Program-made: the position numbers and the translations under genes
Part shown: piece by piece, positions 37,101 through 46,401 of the stretch
How the letters are laid out: every line of letters begins with the position of its first letter
How positions within the stretch are numbered: position 1 is the first letter of the stretch
From: an uncultured Bacteroidales bacterium
GTDB lineage: Bacteria > Bacteroidota > Bacteroidia > Bacteroidales > WCHB1-69
DNA: 64,000 nt
NCBI GenBank assembly: GCA_900316305.1
Contig: ONCM01000008.1
Location: forward strand, 6,991-70,990
Direction: 5' to 3'
Notes under the pieces: generated by a model
The model's input: only the letters and a program-made list of their open reading frames with translations
Told to the model about the DNA's origin: nothing
Database searches by the model: none

Positions 37101-37970
37101 GCCAGGCGTTTGGGTCACGAAATAGTACGATGCGTCCGAATAAACATTATAAGCGTGCCTAAAATGTTGACTTGCAGAATCGTATGACACTTTATGAGGG
37201 GAAAGACCGTACATCAGGAAATAATCCCCATTGTCGAGGGTTCCATCACCTCCGTCAATTATTTGGATGGGGATTTCCTGCAGGTCATCAATGCGTTTTT
37301 CCGCATTAGCCTCAGGCAACATGCCGCCGCCATTCCCGAAAACTGCCAACTGTGTGGAATAGATGGGGGTAGCCAAACCCATCGCCGACAAATCTTGATA
37401 GGTAACCTTATAGACCCCCGTCTTATTCAGCGAAAACTGATACCATTGTCCGGTCGCCAACACGGACTGGGCGGCATAGTCAAGTGTACCTTTCTGGTTA
37501 ACAGGGTTTTTACCTTCTATTTCAAGGATTACGGAAGTCAGTTTTTTGAAATGGCCAGGGGAGGTTTCCACGATCGGAATGAAGTGGAGTTGCGCGAAAA
37601 GCTTGTTCCGGTCATACACGGAGGCGATATGATACTTCACTTCTTTTTGATGGAAATCGGAAGTAACTAATTTACAATCTGTTGCGCTCATTTCGGCATA
37701 CTCTTCAGCCACCACTTTGACCTGATAGTCGGAAAAAAAGTTTTCAACAGGGATGATTTCATAAAAAGTCGGCAAGTCGAGGACATCCCACCCGTATGTG
37801 GCACCAACGAAGTGCAAAAAACGAGCTTGGGAACCGTCTGAGAAGGTGTTCGAGACGGGTTCTTTCCACTCCAGTGTATATTTTTTTTCAATCTTTTGAG
37901 CCTGAATATCAGCAACTTGTAGAAAAAGGGTAAAAAAAATCAACAATACCACCCAAGATTTATTCTTCAT
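34095..37970 (-). CDS. porU: T9SS C-terminal signal peptidase/sortase PorU (C25-like)
   Basis: 1291 aa with signal peptide, gingipain-like central region, and a C-terminal type-A CTD (NYPNPFT...ISWDG...GTYMYRV). Confidence 0.8.
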   Translation of the reverse strand: MKNKSWVVLLIFFTLFLQVADIQAQKIEKKYTLEWKEPVSNTFSDGSQARFLHFVGATYGWDVLDLPTFYEIIPVENFFSDYQVKVVAEEYAEMSATDCKLVTSDFHQKEVKYHIASVYDRNKLFAQLHFIPIVETSPGHFKKLTSVILEIEGKNPVNQKGTLDYAAQSVLATGQWYQFSLNKTGVYKVTYQDLSAMGLATPIYSTQLAVFGNGGGMLPEANAEKRIDDLQEIPIQIIDGGDGTLDNGDYFLMYGLSPHKVSYDSASQHFRHAYNVYSDASYYFVTQTPGIGEKKRIQTIDNESLVANMDVQDFTFFDFFEEDVTNLCESGRTWYGDRYDITLAHTYDFQLPATPTGTGYVSVKAASSASTTSNFQVAVNQTPIGQSQIGSATGSTIVCITTGILPFNASSKDLNVKITYSKPTTSAVGYLDWIEVEAPCPITLRNGQTTFRNPSTVGEGNVTRFDLSGVSTSASVWDVTDPSQMVRYTLTADNQGSHFKTQTSDLREFILFDGTQFLSVTPLSQVANQNLHATGAVDMVIVAHPDFLSQANRLAQFRAENDGLNVKVVTPQQIYNEFSSGSQDPIAIRDYMRMIYNKTSKAYPRYLLLFGRPSYDFRGRAQGTAIYVPNYEYNIEYNNPNGTQPQYYYMSEISHQYSNDDVLGLLDENEGDGAKGLFDLAIGRFPCTTAAQAVTSVDKSIRYTEKRNLVPENSSQISNFGDWRNVMAFVADDEEHNDFVINADHFTDLVEEANPNINFDKIYLDAYQQVSNAGGQRYPDVVTAINNRMNRGSLFFTYIGHSGKDGWAAERVLESSDINKWSNKYNMPALLSLSCTFGYYDRLILSPSDQIFFNNSGGAVAVISATREAWSDPNNRFGDHIFRLMFEKDDKGNYYSVSDIERLAKNRYSGRINLAMFVVLGDPSIKLSVPTYTVVTDSINSHPVGNAADTVRALSKVTVSGRVTDSNLQTITQFNGRLYPSVYDKKVLTSTLMNDPDPNTEPFEFTVQKSVLFKGNVTVKDGRFQFSFYVPKDIDYSYGNGKISYYACTDRADAAGSFTDFIIGGVDTSGVSDDECPKVELYMNDENFVNGGTTGTSPVLIAKISDNYGINTTGNGIGHDLTGVLDNATGNKIILNDYYQTEQDSYNSGIVRYQLQELTPGDHTIAVRAWDVNNNSTEQELTFRVVSEDKFELSHVLNYPNPFTTHTDFYFEHNQPGGTFDIQVNIYTISGKLVKTLYDTQYMEGNRCRAISWDGLDDYGDKLAKGTYMYRVRVKNQDGKTAETIEKLVIL

Positions 37971-38044
37971 TTTCCGTTTTATTAAAAAGAAAAGTACAAT
38001 TTTCTAAACGAAAAGACGTTAAAATTATTACAGAAAAAATGTAA

Positions 38045-38052
38045 CAAAAATA
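38045..38052 (-). promoter_or_regulatory. -7 box TATTTTTG (porU-porV)
   Basis: TAnnTTTG on the minus strand, 74 nt upstream of the porU ATG. Confidence 0.45.
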
Positions 38053-38077
38053 GGGTGGGAAGCGTTCAATAATTTTG

Positions 38078-38085
38078 TATCTTTG
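38078..38085 (+). promoter_or_regulatory. -7 box TATCTTTG (porP/sprF-gldJ)
   Basis: TAnnTTTG 20 nt upstream of ATG 38106. Confidence 0.6.
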
Positions 38086-38105
38086 CCCGCTATAAATATA
38101 AGAGT

Positions 38106-39185
38106 ATGAATAAACGAATTGCTATTATAGTTACTATCGTTCTGGCATTTGCAGGATTGCGGGGAACAGCGCAGGATGCGTTGTTTTCGCAATATTATGC
38201 CAACCCGCTGTATTTGAATCCGGCATTTGCGGGTACGAACGTGTGTCCCCGTCTTGCCTTCCATTTCCGCGACCAGTGGCCATCGATGCCCGGCACGTTT
38301 ATGACCTACACGGCTTCATACGACGAGCATTTCGACAAGCTGTCAGGCGGTGTCGGTGTCCTGCTGATGGGTGACCGCGCCGGTGAAGGCGGTATCATCA
38401 ACACTTACACAGCCAGCTTGATGTACTCTTTCAAATTGAAAGTGACCAAGAATTTCAACCTGCGCTTCGCTTTGCAGGCGACCTACGAAAACCGCGGGCT
38501 CAACTGGGATGCTCTCACCTTCGGCGACATGATCGACCCCAAATACGGTGTCATCTACCAAACCGCTGAAATCCAGCCCAACCAGCTGACCATCCACTCC
38601 TTCGACATGGCCGCCGGTTTCTTGGGTTACACCCCGCACTTCTATTTCGGCATGGCAGCCCACCACATCGTCCCCATCCTCGGGGCCAAGGGCTTCATCT
38701 CTGACGGTCTTAAAGCTTACGACTACCGTCCCGTGAAATGGACGGCTCACGTCGGCGGTTATTTTGACCTTAAACGCAAGAGCAAAAAGGAAACTTCTTT
38801 CGGCGATATCTCCATCAGTCCGAACTTCATCTACCAACATCAACAGAATTTCAACTACTTCAGCGAAGGTTTCTACCTCAACTTCTATCCGTTTACAGTC
38901 GGTATGTGGCTCCGTCACGGTCTGACCTACAAGGGTGAACGTTTCACGGGTGTCGATACCAACGGCGTGGCCATCACCGAGCCGATCTCCTACCACAACA
39001 TGGACGCCTTCATCGTGATGTTCGGCGTGGAGTATGAATGGTTCAAGGTGGCTTACTCTTACGATGCCACTATCGGCAAACTCGCCAACTACTCCGGTGG
39101 CGCACACGAGGTCTCCCTTCAGGTGCTGCTCCCGTGCCCCAACAAGCGCAAAGCGCTCAAAGACCTCAAATGTCCCTCTTTCTAA
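38106..39185 (+). CDS. PorP/SprF-family T9SS outer-membrane protein
   Basis: Signal peptide then QDALFSQYYANPLYLNPAFAG, the family N-terminal signature. Beta-barrel-like C-terminus ending in F. Confidence 0.8.
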   Translation: MNKRIAIIVTIVLAFAGLRGTAQDALFSQYYANPLYLNPAFAGTNVCPRLAFHFRDQWPSMPGTFMTYTASYDEHFDKLSGGVGVLLMGDRAGEGGIINTYTASLMYSFKLKVTKNFNLRFALQATYENRGLNWDALTFGDMIDPKYGVIYQTAEIQPNQLTIHSFDMAAGFLGYTPHFYFGMAAHHIVPILGAKGFISDGLKAYDYRPVKWTAHVGGYFDLKRKSKKETSFGDISISPNFIYQHQQNFNYFSEGFYLNFYPFTVGMWLRHGLTYKGERFTGVDTNGVAITEPISYHNMDAFIVMFGVEYEWFKVAYSYDATIGKLANYSGGAHEVSLQVLLPCPNKRKALKDLKCPSF

Positions 39186-39223
39186 ACCATTTAACATCGT
39201 CAACTTAGAAAATCAATTAAACA

Positions 39224-40720
39224 ATGAATACAGCAAAGAAATTATTAGGATTGTTTACCGTGGCAGCATTGCTGTTAGGAATGTCCTCTTGTAAGAAAGA
39301 GAAATCCGCCACTACTGGCTGGAATTACAACGACGCCAAAAATGGTGGCTTCGAAGTGGCTCCCTTTGAAGAACAAGCCACCGGCCCAGGCCTCGTGTTC
39401 ATCGAAGGCGGTTCCTTCGTGATGGGCCAAATGGAAGAAGATGTCATGAAAGACTGGAACAACACGCCCCGCCGCGTGTCCGTCGCCTCCTTCTACATGG
39501 ACGAGTGCGAAATCGCCAATGTCGATTACCTCGAATACCTCTACTGGCTGGAACGCGTCTTCATCCCGCAAGACCTGAAAGTGGTCTATGACAACGCCGT
39601 TCCCGATGAGGCTGTATGGCGCGACCGTTTGGGTTACAACGAACCCGCTGTGGAATACTACTTCCGCCACCCCGCTTACAGATTCTATCCTGTTGTGGGT
39701 GTCAGCTGGCTGCAAGCCACCAACTATGCCGCATGGCGTACCGACCGTGTCAATGAGCAAATCCTCGTCGATCGCGGCTACATTGAATTTGCAGAAACCC
39801 CTTCCGCAGAAGGCTATTTCAATACCGACGCTTATCTGACCTACGAATCTTACGAGGCTGAAGGCCAGAAACGTCTCCGCTACATCTCCAGCGGTGAATA
39901 CCGCAATGTGAAGATGGAAGACGGTATCCTTCTGCCGAAATACAGACTGCCAACAGAGGCTGAATGGGAATACGCCGCATTCAGCACCATTGGCAATACC
40001 CTCAACGAGCGCGTGCTCGAACGTAAGGTCTATCCGTGGAACGGTCAACAACTCCGCTCTGAGGACAAGAAGTACTACGGTGACTTCATGAACAATGTGC
40101 GTCGCGGTCGCGGTGACTACATGGGTGTCGCCAGCGCCTTGAACGACGGCGGTTTCTACACCAAGGAAGTCAAATCCGACTGGCCGAATGATTACGGCTT
40201 GTACCAAATGGGCGGTAACGTCTCTGAATGGGTTATGGACGTTTACAGACAGACCTCTCACGATGACGTGACGGAATACAATCCGTTCCGTGGTAACTAC
40301 TTCGAAACGAAGAAGCTTCTCGAAGACGGTACCGTTGCCGAACGTGATAGCGTGGGTAAAATCCCCATGGTTCCCGTCTCTGACTTCAAGAACGACAGAC
40401 GCCGCAACTACCGCGCTGCCGACAACAAGAACTACCTCGATGGTGACTGGCAGTCTCTGAAGAGCATGGACGATTGGAAAAACGCCACCTCCAATGAGGA
40501 ATCTACCGAATGGATGTATGCGAAAGGTAGCGGCAACTACGACTATTCACTGGTTGGTGACCACGCACGTGTCTATAAGGGCGGCTCTTGGAAGGATATC
40601 CCTTACTGGTCTTCCCCCGGCACCAGACGTTATCTGGACGAGGATGAGGCTACCGACTATATCGGCTTCCGTTGCGCTATGGCCCGCGTCGGCACCCAGA
40701 CCCAAGGCAAACGCAAATAA
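39224..40720 (+). CDS. gldJ: GldJ-like gliding/T9SS lipoprotein (SUMF1/FGE-fold, GldK/PorK paralogue)
   Basis: Lipobox LLLGMSSC; FGE-sulfatase-fold motifs (GGSFVMG, EAEWEYAA, GNVSEWV, RVYKGGSW). Stand-alone gene followed by a terminator, not by gldLMN. Confidence 0.65.
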   Translation: MNTAKKLLGLFTVAALLLGMSSCKKEKSATTGWNYNDAKNGGFEVAPFEEQATGPGLVFIEGGSFVMGQMEEDVMKDWNNTPRRVSVASFYMDECEIANVDYLEYLYWLERVFIPQDLKVVYDNAVPDEAVWRDRLGYNEPAVEYYFRHPAYRFYPVVGVSWLQATNYAAWRTDRVNEQILVDRGYIEFAETPSAEGYFNTDAYLTYESYEAEGQKRLRYISSGEYRNVKMEDGILLPKYRLPTEAEWEYAAFSTIGNTLNERVLERKVYPWNGQQLRSEDKKYYGDFMNNVRRGRGDYMGVASALNDGGFYTKEVKSDWPNDYGLYQMGGNVSEWVMDVYRQTSHDDVTEYNPFRGNYFETKKLLEDGTVAERDSVGKIPMVPVSDFKNDRRRNYRAADNKNYLDGDWQSLKSMDDWKNATSNEESTEWMYAKGSGNYDYSLVGDHARVYKGGSWKDIPYWSSPGTRRYLDEDEATDYIGFRCAMARVGTQTQGKRK

Positions 40721-40733
40721 TCTTTCTAGACGA

Positions 40734-40775
40734 TAAAAAAAGACCTCTTTCTTATCGAAAGAGGTCTTTTTTTTA
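40734..40775. terminator. Bidirectional intrinsic terminator (gldJ / META gene)
   Basis: 11-bp stem AGACCTCTTTC/GAAAGAGGTCT flanked by an A-run and a T-run. Confidence 0.85.
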
Positions 40776-41219
40776 TTCCTTTTTACTCAAATCCGTTCCA
40801 CTGAAACGCATAATTTCATCTTCGCCAGAATAAAGGATGAGTTCCTCCCCCTTGAGTTCATAGCGGTTAATGTCCATTCTCCAAGCGGCCGTAAACTGTT
40901 TCTCCACCCCCATCTGCGAGCAGAGTCGCTTGGTGGACCCTTCGTAATTCACGGTCATTTTATGCTTCTTGGTGGTTTCGTAGGAACCGAAGAAAGTGTT
41001 GCAACCAAGATTGCCTTTAAGGTGTCCGGCAGTGTCAAATGTGACAAACGGACGCATGGCAAAATCATAGTCCAATTCCGCACCTTCCAACGCAACCAGA
41101 TTCCATTGAGTACCGATCAATGGATAATTTCCATTTTGGGCACATTTTTTGGAAGTTTTGCAGCTGCAACAACTCAGAATCAAAGTTATTGCCAAAAGAG
41201 GGTAAGTAATCTTATGCAT
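40773..41219 (-). CDS. META-domain (HslJ-like) lipoprotein
   Basis: Lipobox ILSCCSC; GTQWNLVAL...GCNTFFGSYE pattern. Confidence 0.7.
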   Translation of the reverse strand: MHKITYPLLAITLILSCCSCKTSKKCAQNGNYPLIGTQWNLVALEGAELDYDFAMRPFVTFDTAGHLKGNLGCNTFFGSYETTKKHKMTVNYEGSTKRLCSQMGVEKQFTAAWRMDINRYELKGEELILYSGEDEIMRFSGTDLSKKE

Positions 41220-41832
41220 TTCTATTCTTATTATGGTTAAACTGCTCGTTGATTTCTTCTATAAAGTTCAGAATTTCGTCACGGCCGAGTCCTGAAACGG
41301 CGGAAGATTTCATCATGACAGGAAGCTCTTCCCACGTCTCCGACAGTTTATTCTTCATTTTCTGAACGTTGCTCATCGTCTTTCCTGTTGAATTTTTATC
41401 CGTTTTGGTGAAAATGATGGCGAATGGTACCCCGCTTTCACCCAGATTATTAATAAAATCCACATCTATCTGCTGCGGCTCAAGACGGGCATCCACCAAA
41501 ACGAAAACCAATTGCAAGTTTTCCCGAAACAGCAGATAGTCGGAAATCATCTTATGCCATTTTTCGCGGATGGTCTTGGAAATTTTGGCGAAACCATAAC
41601 CGGGCAAATCCACCAGATACCAATTTTTATTGACAAGAAAATGGTTGATGGTCTGAGTTTTACCAGGCTTTGAAGAGGTTTTGGCCAGACTTTTGTTATT
41701 CATCAACATATTGATGAGGGAGGACTTCCCCACATTTGAGCGCCCGATAAAGGCGTACTCAGGAAGCGTCGGGGGAGGACACTTTCGCCAATCGGCTTCA
41801 CTCTGCAAATATTCTGCGGTCTTGATTAACAT
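41212..41832 (-). CDS. engB: Ribosome-biogenesis GTPase EngB/YsxC
   Basis: G1 GRSNVGKSSLIN, G3 DLPGYG, G4 TKTDK. Start set at ATG 41832; the ORF-track start at 41898 overlaps the upstream gene. Confidence 0.85.
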   Translation of the reverse strand: MLIKTAEYLQSEADWRKCPPPTLPEYAFIGRSNVGKSSLINMLMNNKSLAKTSSKPGKTQTINHFLVNKNWYLVDLPGYGFAKISKTIREKWHKMISDYLLFRENLQLVFVLVDARLEPQQIDVDFINNLGESGVPFAIIFTKTDKNSTGKTMSNVQKMKNKLSETWEELPVMMKSSAVSGLGRDEILNFIEEINEQFNHNKNRNA

Positions 41833-41839
41833 TATGCGG

Positions 41840-43156
41840 TTATCTTCTAGCCAACCATTCGTTGGGGTTAACGTATCGGTCGTTTTTCCAGATTTCAAAG
41901 TGCAACTCGTATGTATTGGAGGTGGAGCTCCGTGCCACGGTGCCGATCACCTGTTTGGTACTCACCTTGTCGCCCTTCTTTACATTCGCGGATGCAAGAT
42001 TCTGATACACTGTAAGATATTCACCATGACGTATCATCACCACGGTGGTACCCATGATGTTCATCACTCCAGTGACAACACCTTCAAAGACAGCGCGCGC
42101 GGGTGTGCCGGCCTCCACCATGATGTCAATACCGTGGTTGTCTATTTGCACGGAGGGCACATCGGGATGTGCATAGCTACCGAAGTCGCTCACCTTAGCC
42201 CCTTTCGCCACGGGCCACGGCAGTTTTCCCTTATTGCTGATGAAGGAGGCGTTCAAAGTCTTCTCTTCCGGTGTTAATTCGATAGTGGCCGAGGCTTTGG
42301 GAGATGTGGTGGACGTGGCTGCCGTGGATGTTGTGCTGCCCGAAGAACTCTTTCCTTTGGACAAACTGGATTTCTTACTCCGTTCGGCGTTAGCCTTTGC
42401 AATCTCCGCCTTCACCGCCCTTTGGATAGCAGCGTCAATCTCCTTGCGTTGCTGTTGCTTCTTCTTCAAATCAGCATTAAGCTTCTGCGACTCCTTTTTC
42501 AGTTTCTCAGCATTCTGGGTTTTCTTCCGACGGTCAACCTCCAAGTTTTTGATTTCCTGCTCCTTAGAAGAAAGCGTCACCAACTTGTCGTTCTTCAACA
42601 TTACAATTTCCTCGTTCTTTTTGGTCAACTCTTCGGTGGTCTCCTGGATGCGTTTGGACTGTTCCCGCACATTTCTAGAAAAGATGCTGTAGTAGCGTAT
42701 TCTGCGGAACATCTGGGAAAAATCGTCCGCAGCCAGAATAAACGTCACCTTGTCCATCAACCGACGGTTGCGGTAGGCGTTATAGACCACTTGGGCATAA
42801 TCTGCCTTCATGTAGGCCAGACGTTTCTCCAGCTGTTTGATTTCCTGTTGGTTCTGTTCCTGCTCATCCTCCATCTGGATAATCTGGGAGTTAAGATTCG
42901 TGATCATCTTCTCCCGGTTTTGAATCTGCTGGCGCAGGAGCGCAGCCTGTTGAACGGCTGCTTTCTGGTTTGATTCGTTTTTTTTCAGCAGTTTTTGGGT
43001 ATTGGCAATCTCGTTTTCAATTTTCTGCTTGTCCTTTTTGAGCTGTGCACTACTCTTGCCATTTTGCGCAAACGTGTGCATTGGAAAAGACAATGCCCAC
43101 AGCAGACAAAGCAGCAAAACCGTTTTGGGATGATATAGTTTTTCCAGAATATTCAT
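41840..43156 (-). CDS. EnvC-like coiled-coil protein with degenerate M23/LytM domain (murein hydrolase activator type)
   Basis: Signal peptide, about 250-aa coiled coil, Ser/Thr linker. The LytM-like C-terminus has substituted metal-ligand positions (NHGIDI, ELHFEIW). Start at ATG 43156, downstream of the -7 box 43185-43192. Confidence 0.7.
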   Translation of the reverse strand: MNILEKLYHPKTVLLLCLLWALSFPMHTFAQNGKSSAQLKKDKQKIENEIANTQKLLKKNESNQKAAVQQAALLRQQIQNREKMITNLNSQIIQMEDEQEQNQQEIKQLEKRLAYMKADYAQVVYNAYRNRRLMDKVTFILAADDFSQMFRRIRYYSIFSRNVREQSKRIQETTEELTKKNEEIVMLKNDKLVTLSSKEQEIKNLEVDRRKKTQNAEKLKKESQKLNADLKKKQQQRKEIDAAIQRAVKAEIAKANAERSKKSSLSKGKSSSGSTTSTAATSTTSPKASATIELTPEEKTLNASFISNKGKLPWPVAKGAKVSDFGSYAHPDVPSVQIDNHGIDIMVEAGTPARAVFEGVVTGVMNIMGTTVVMIRHGEYLTVYQNLASANVKKGDKVSTKQVIGTVARSSTSNTYELHFEIWKNDRYVNPNEWLARR

Positions 43157-43184
43157 AATGAGAAATATAACCTGCAAAAATACG

Positions 43185-43192
43185 AGTTCTTT
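43185..43192 (-). promoter_or_regulatory. -7 box TATTTTTG (envC-like - engB - META)
   Basis: TAnnTTTG on the minus strand, 28 nt upstream of ATG 43156. Confidence 0.55.
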
Positions 43193-43261
43193 TTCTAACG
43201 TATGAATATTCTTATTTATTTTATGAACAAAAGAACGTTAATCAGATAGCCAATAATTTGC

Positions 43262-43269
43262 TATTTTTG
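43262..43269 (+). promoter_or_regulatory. -7 box TATTTTTG (pnuC)
   Basis: TAnnTTTG 19 nt upstream of ATG 43289. Confidence 0.6.
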
Positions 43270-43288
43270 CGCGATTTTTTTATGCCTT

Positions 43289-43870
43289 ATGTCGATAGAT
43301 TTAATCATTGAAATTATCGGTACAGTTATCGGGTTAGCTTATTTGTATTTGGAATACAAAGCTTCCGTTTGGTTGTGGCCCGTCGGCATCTTGATGTCCA
43401 TATTCTACGTGTTCATCTTTTTCCATGGAAAGTTTTATGCTGATGCCGCGGTCTATCTTTATTATATTGGAGCGAACACCTACGGATTGTGGAAGTGGAC
43501 ACGCTGCCGAAACCAAGCTGCGGTCGCAACGGAAAGCGTGGAGATGCCCATCACCCATGTTCCGAAAAGACAAATTTTGCCCTTGACGCTGGCATCCGTT
43601 GCCCTGTGGGGACTCTTTTACTGGATTCTAAGCACTTTCACCGACAGCCCTGTGCCGATTGGAGATGCTTTCACCACCGCGCTCAGCATTGTAGCCATGT
43701 GGATGCTGGCACAGAAATACCTGGAACAATGGTTATTTTGGATTGTCGTCAATACGGTTTCCACCATTCTCTATTTCTGGAAAGGACTCTACCCCACTGG
43801 TGTGCTGTTCATCGTCTATGTGATGGTGGCCATCCTTGGTTACATCAAGTGGAGAAAAGAGATGGCATAA
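43289..43870 (+). CDS. pnuC: Nicotinamide riboside transporter PnuC
   Basis: 193 aa with 7 predicted TM helices and PnuC-like Trp-rich motifs (WLWPVGI, WKW, WMLAQKY). Confidence 0.75.
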   Translation: MSIDLIIEIIGTVIGLAYLYLEYKASVWLWPVGILMSIFYVFIFFHGKFYADAAVYLYYIGANTYGLWKWTRCRNQAAVATESVEMPITHVPKRQILPLTLASVALWGLFYWILSTFTDSPVPIGDAFTTALSIVAMWMLAQKYLEQWLFWIVVNTVSTILYFWKGLYPTGVLFIVYVMVAILGYIKWRKEMA

Positions 43871-43873
43871 AAA

Positions 43874-43897
43874 AAGAGACGTGCAAGCACGTCTCTT
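43874..43897. terminator. Hairpin AAGAGACGTG-CAAG-CACGTCTCTT between pnuC and atpG
   Basis: 10-bp stem sharing the GAGACG/CGTCTC core. A T-run follows on the minus strand (atpHAG terminator). Confidence 0.7.
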
Positions 43898-43918
43898 GAC
43901 ATATTTTCGTTAATGATA

Positions 43919-44797
43919 TTAGCCGTTTTGCGCATTTGCACCGCTTACAATCTCAATCAGTTCATTCGTGATAGAGGACTGGCGGGCGTTGTTGTACTTC
44001 AGACGCAATTCATGCAGCATCTCCGAAGCATTGTCGGTAGCCTTGGTCATGGAGGTCATTCTGGCACCGTGTTCCGAAGCGATGGAATCGGATAACGTCT
44101 TATACAATTGCGTGCGTAAAATCTTGGGTATCAGTTCCTGCAAAAGTTGATCGGCGGAAGGCTCGATGATATAGTCGCTGGTCACTTTCTGCATTTCATC
44201 GCTTTCAGGGGGTAGCACGGGAAGGTATTCTTCCACGGTTACCCGCTGCGTAGCGGCATTCAGAAATTGGTTATAGACGACATCAACTTTGTCCACCTCG
44301 TGATGGATAAACTTCATCACCAAATCATCAGCGATGGCGGAAAGCTCAGTAAAATCGGGATTATCCAGCAGTTTTTCATTCGAAAAGGCCACAGGATAGA
44401 GTTTGCCGAGTTGGTCGTTACCCTTTTTGCCGATGCAAATCAACTGCAGATGACCGGCACGATGCTGTTCGGCATATTTCTCCGAAATCAGGTGGTTGAC
44501 GGTCTTGATAATGTTTGAGTTGAACGCGCCGCAAAGTCCTTTGTTCGAGGTGATAGCCACAACGACTACTTTTTCGGGTTCGCGTCGTTCGAAGAGCGGC
44601 AGCTGTTCGACACCCGTATTGGAACCGGCCAGGTTGTTCAGAATCTCGTTCAGCTTTTGGGAATAAGGGCGGAGATGCTGGATGGCGGTCTGGGCACGGC
44701 GGAGCTTGGCAGCCGACACCAGCTTCATGGAGCTGGTGATCTTCTGCGTCGATTCGATAGAGGCGATGCGCGTGCGTATTTCTTTCAGGTTGCCCAT
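43919..44797 (-). CDS. atpG: F1 ATP synthase gamma subunit
   Basis: MGNLKEIRTRIASIESTQKITSSMKLVSAAKLRRAQ N-terminus and ITNELIEIVSGA C-terminus. Confidence 0.92.
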   Translation of the reverse strand: MGNLKEIRTRIASIESTQKITSSMKLVSAAKLRRAQTAIQHLRPYSQKLNEILNNLAGSNTGVEQLPLFERREPEKVVVVAITSNKGLCGAFNSNIIKTVNHLISEKYAEQHRAGHLQLICIGKKGNDQLGKLYPVAFSNEKLLDNPDFTELSAIADDLVMKFIHHEVDKVDVVYNQFLNAATQRVTVEEYLPVLPPESDEMQKVTSDYIIEPSADQLLQELIPKILRTQLYKTLSDSIASEHGARMTSMTKATDNASEMLHELRLKYNNARQSSITNELIEIVSGANAQNG

Positions 44798-44799
44798 AA

Positions 44800-46389
44800 C
44801 TATTCGTATTTTTTAGCCACTTCGGCGCAGGCGTCGGTCAATTGCTGCATAATCTCATCATTGATGGTTCCTTTGGCCAAAGTGTCCAACAAATCCTGAT
44901 GGTTGGAGTGCATGTACGAAATGAACTCTGTCTCGAAGTTGCGGATGTTGGCGACGGGGACTTTCTGCAGGAGTCCACGGGAGCCGCAGAAGATGATGGC
45001 AATCTGCTCTTCCACCTTGTAAGGAGTATATTGCGGCTGTTTGAGGATTTCCACGTTGCGCACACCTTTGTTAAGGATAAACTGCGTGGAGGCATCAACG
45101 TCTGAACCGAACTTGGCGAAAGATTCCATCTCACGATATTGCGCCTGGTCGAGTTTCAGGGTGCCGGCCACCTTCTTCATGGACTTGATTTGGGCGTTAC
45201 CACCTACACGCGACACGGAAATACCCACGTTGATGGCAGGACGCACGCCGGCGTTGAAGAGGGAGGTCTCCAAGAAAATCTGGCCGTCGGTGATGGAAAT
45301 CACGTTGGTGGGGATGTAGGCGGAGACATCACCGGCCTGGGTCTCGATGATGGGCAGTGCCGTGAGGGAACCGCCGCCCTTGACCAAGGGTTTCAGCGCG
45401 GCGGGCAGGTCGTTCATCTTGGCCGCGATTTCGTCGGATTCGATGATTTTGGCCGCGCGTTCCAGCAGGCGGGAGTGGAGGTAGAAGACGTCACCGGGGT
45501 AAGCCTCGCGTCCGGGCGGACGACGGAGCAGCAGTGACACTTCACGGTAGGCCACGGCCTGTTTGGAGAGGTCGTCGTAGATAATGAGGGCGTGGCGGCC
45601 CGTATCGCGGAAGTATTCACCGATGGCGGCGCCGGCAAACGGGGCGTAGAACTGCATGGCAGCGGCGTCTGATGCGGTGGCGGCCACCACGATGGTGTAG
45701 GGCATGGCCCCGCGTTCCGTGAGGGTCTTCACCAATGCAGCCACGGAAGAACCTTTCTGTCCCACAGCCACATATATACAATAGACAGGTTCGCCTTTGT
45801 CGTAGAACGACTTCTGGTTGATGATGGTGTCGATGGCGATGGCGGTCTTGCCGGTCTGGCGGTCGCCGATGATAAGTTCACGCTGGCCGCGGCCGATGGG
45901 GATCATGGCGTCGATGGCCTTGATACCGGTTTGCAGCGGGCGTTTCACGGGTTGGCGGTAAATGACGCCGGGGGCCTTGCGCTCGATGGGCAACTCGATG
46001 AGGTCGCCTTCGATGTCGCCTTTGCCGTCAATGGGCTGGCCCAGAGTATTGATGACGCGGCCCAGCAGCCCCTCGCCTACTTTGAGGGAGGCGATACGGC
46101 CGGTGCGCTTGCAGATGTCGCCTTCGTTCAGCGACTTGGAGTCGCCCAAAAGCACGACACCCACATTGTCCTCTTCCAGGTTGAGTGCAATGCCGGTGAT
46201 TTCGTCGCCGGTCTTGGTTCTGAACGTCACCAGTTCTCCGGATTGGACGTTATGCAGGCCATAGACACGGGCGATGCCGTCGCCGACCAACAGCACGGTG
46301 CCGACTTCTTCCATTTCAGACTTCTGGTTGAAGTTTTCTAGTTGCTGACGCAGTATAGCTGTAACTTCTGAGGGTTTGATTTCTGCCAT
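44800..46389 (-). CDS. atpA: F1 ATP synthase alpha subunit
   Basis: Walker A GDRQTGKT; 529 aa. Confidence 0.95.
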   Translation of the reverse strand: MAEIKPSEVTAILRQQLENFNQKSEMEEVGTVLLVGDGIARVYGLHNVQSGELVTFRTKTGDEITGIALNLEEDNVGVVLLGDSKSLNEGDICKRTGRIASLKVGEGLLGRVINTLGQPIDGKGDIEGDLIELPIERKAPGVIYRQPVKRPLQTGIKAIDAMIPIGRGQRELIIGDRQTGKTAIAIDTIINQKSFYDKGEPVYCIYVAVGQKGSSVAALVKTLTERGAMPYTIVVAATASDAAAMQFYAPFAGAAIGEYFRDTGRHALIIYDDLSKQAVAYREVSLLLRRPPGREAYPGDVFYLHSRLLERAAKIIESDEIAAKMNDLPAALKPLVKGGGSLTALPIIETQAGDVSAYIPTNVISITDGQIFLETSLFNAGVRPAINVGISVSRVGGNAQIKSMKKVAGTLKLDQAQYREMESFAKFGSDVDASTQFILNKGVRNVEILKQPQYTPYKVEEQIAIIFCGSRGLLQKVPVANIRNFETEFISYMHSNHQDLLDTLAKGTINDEIMQQLTDACAEVAKKYE

Positions 46390-46401
46390 TTATATGCGGA
46401 T

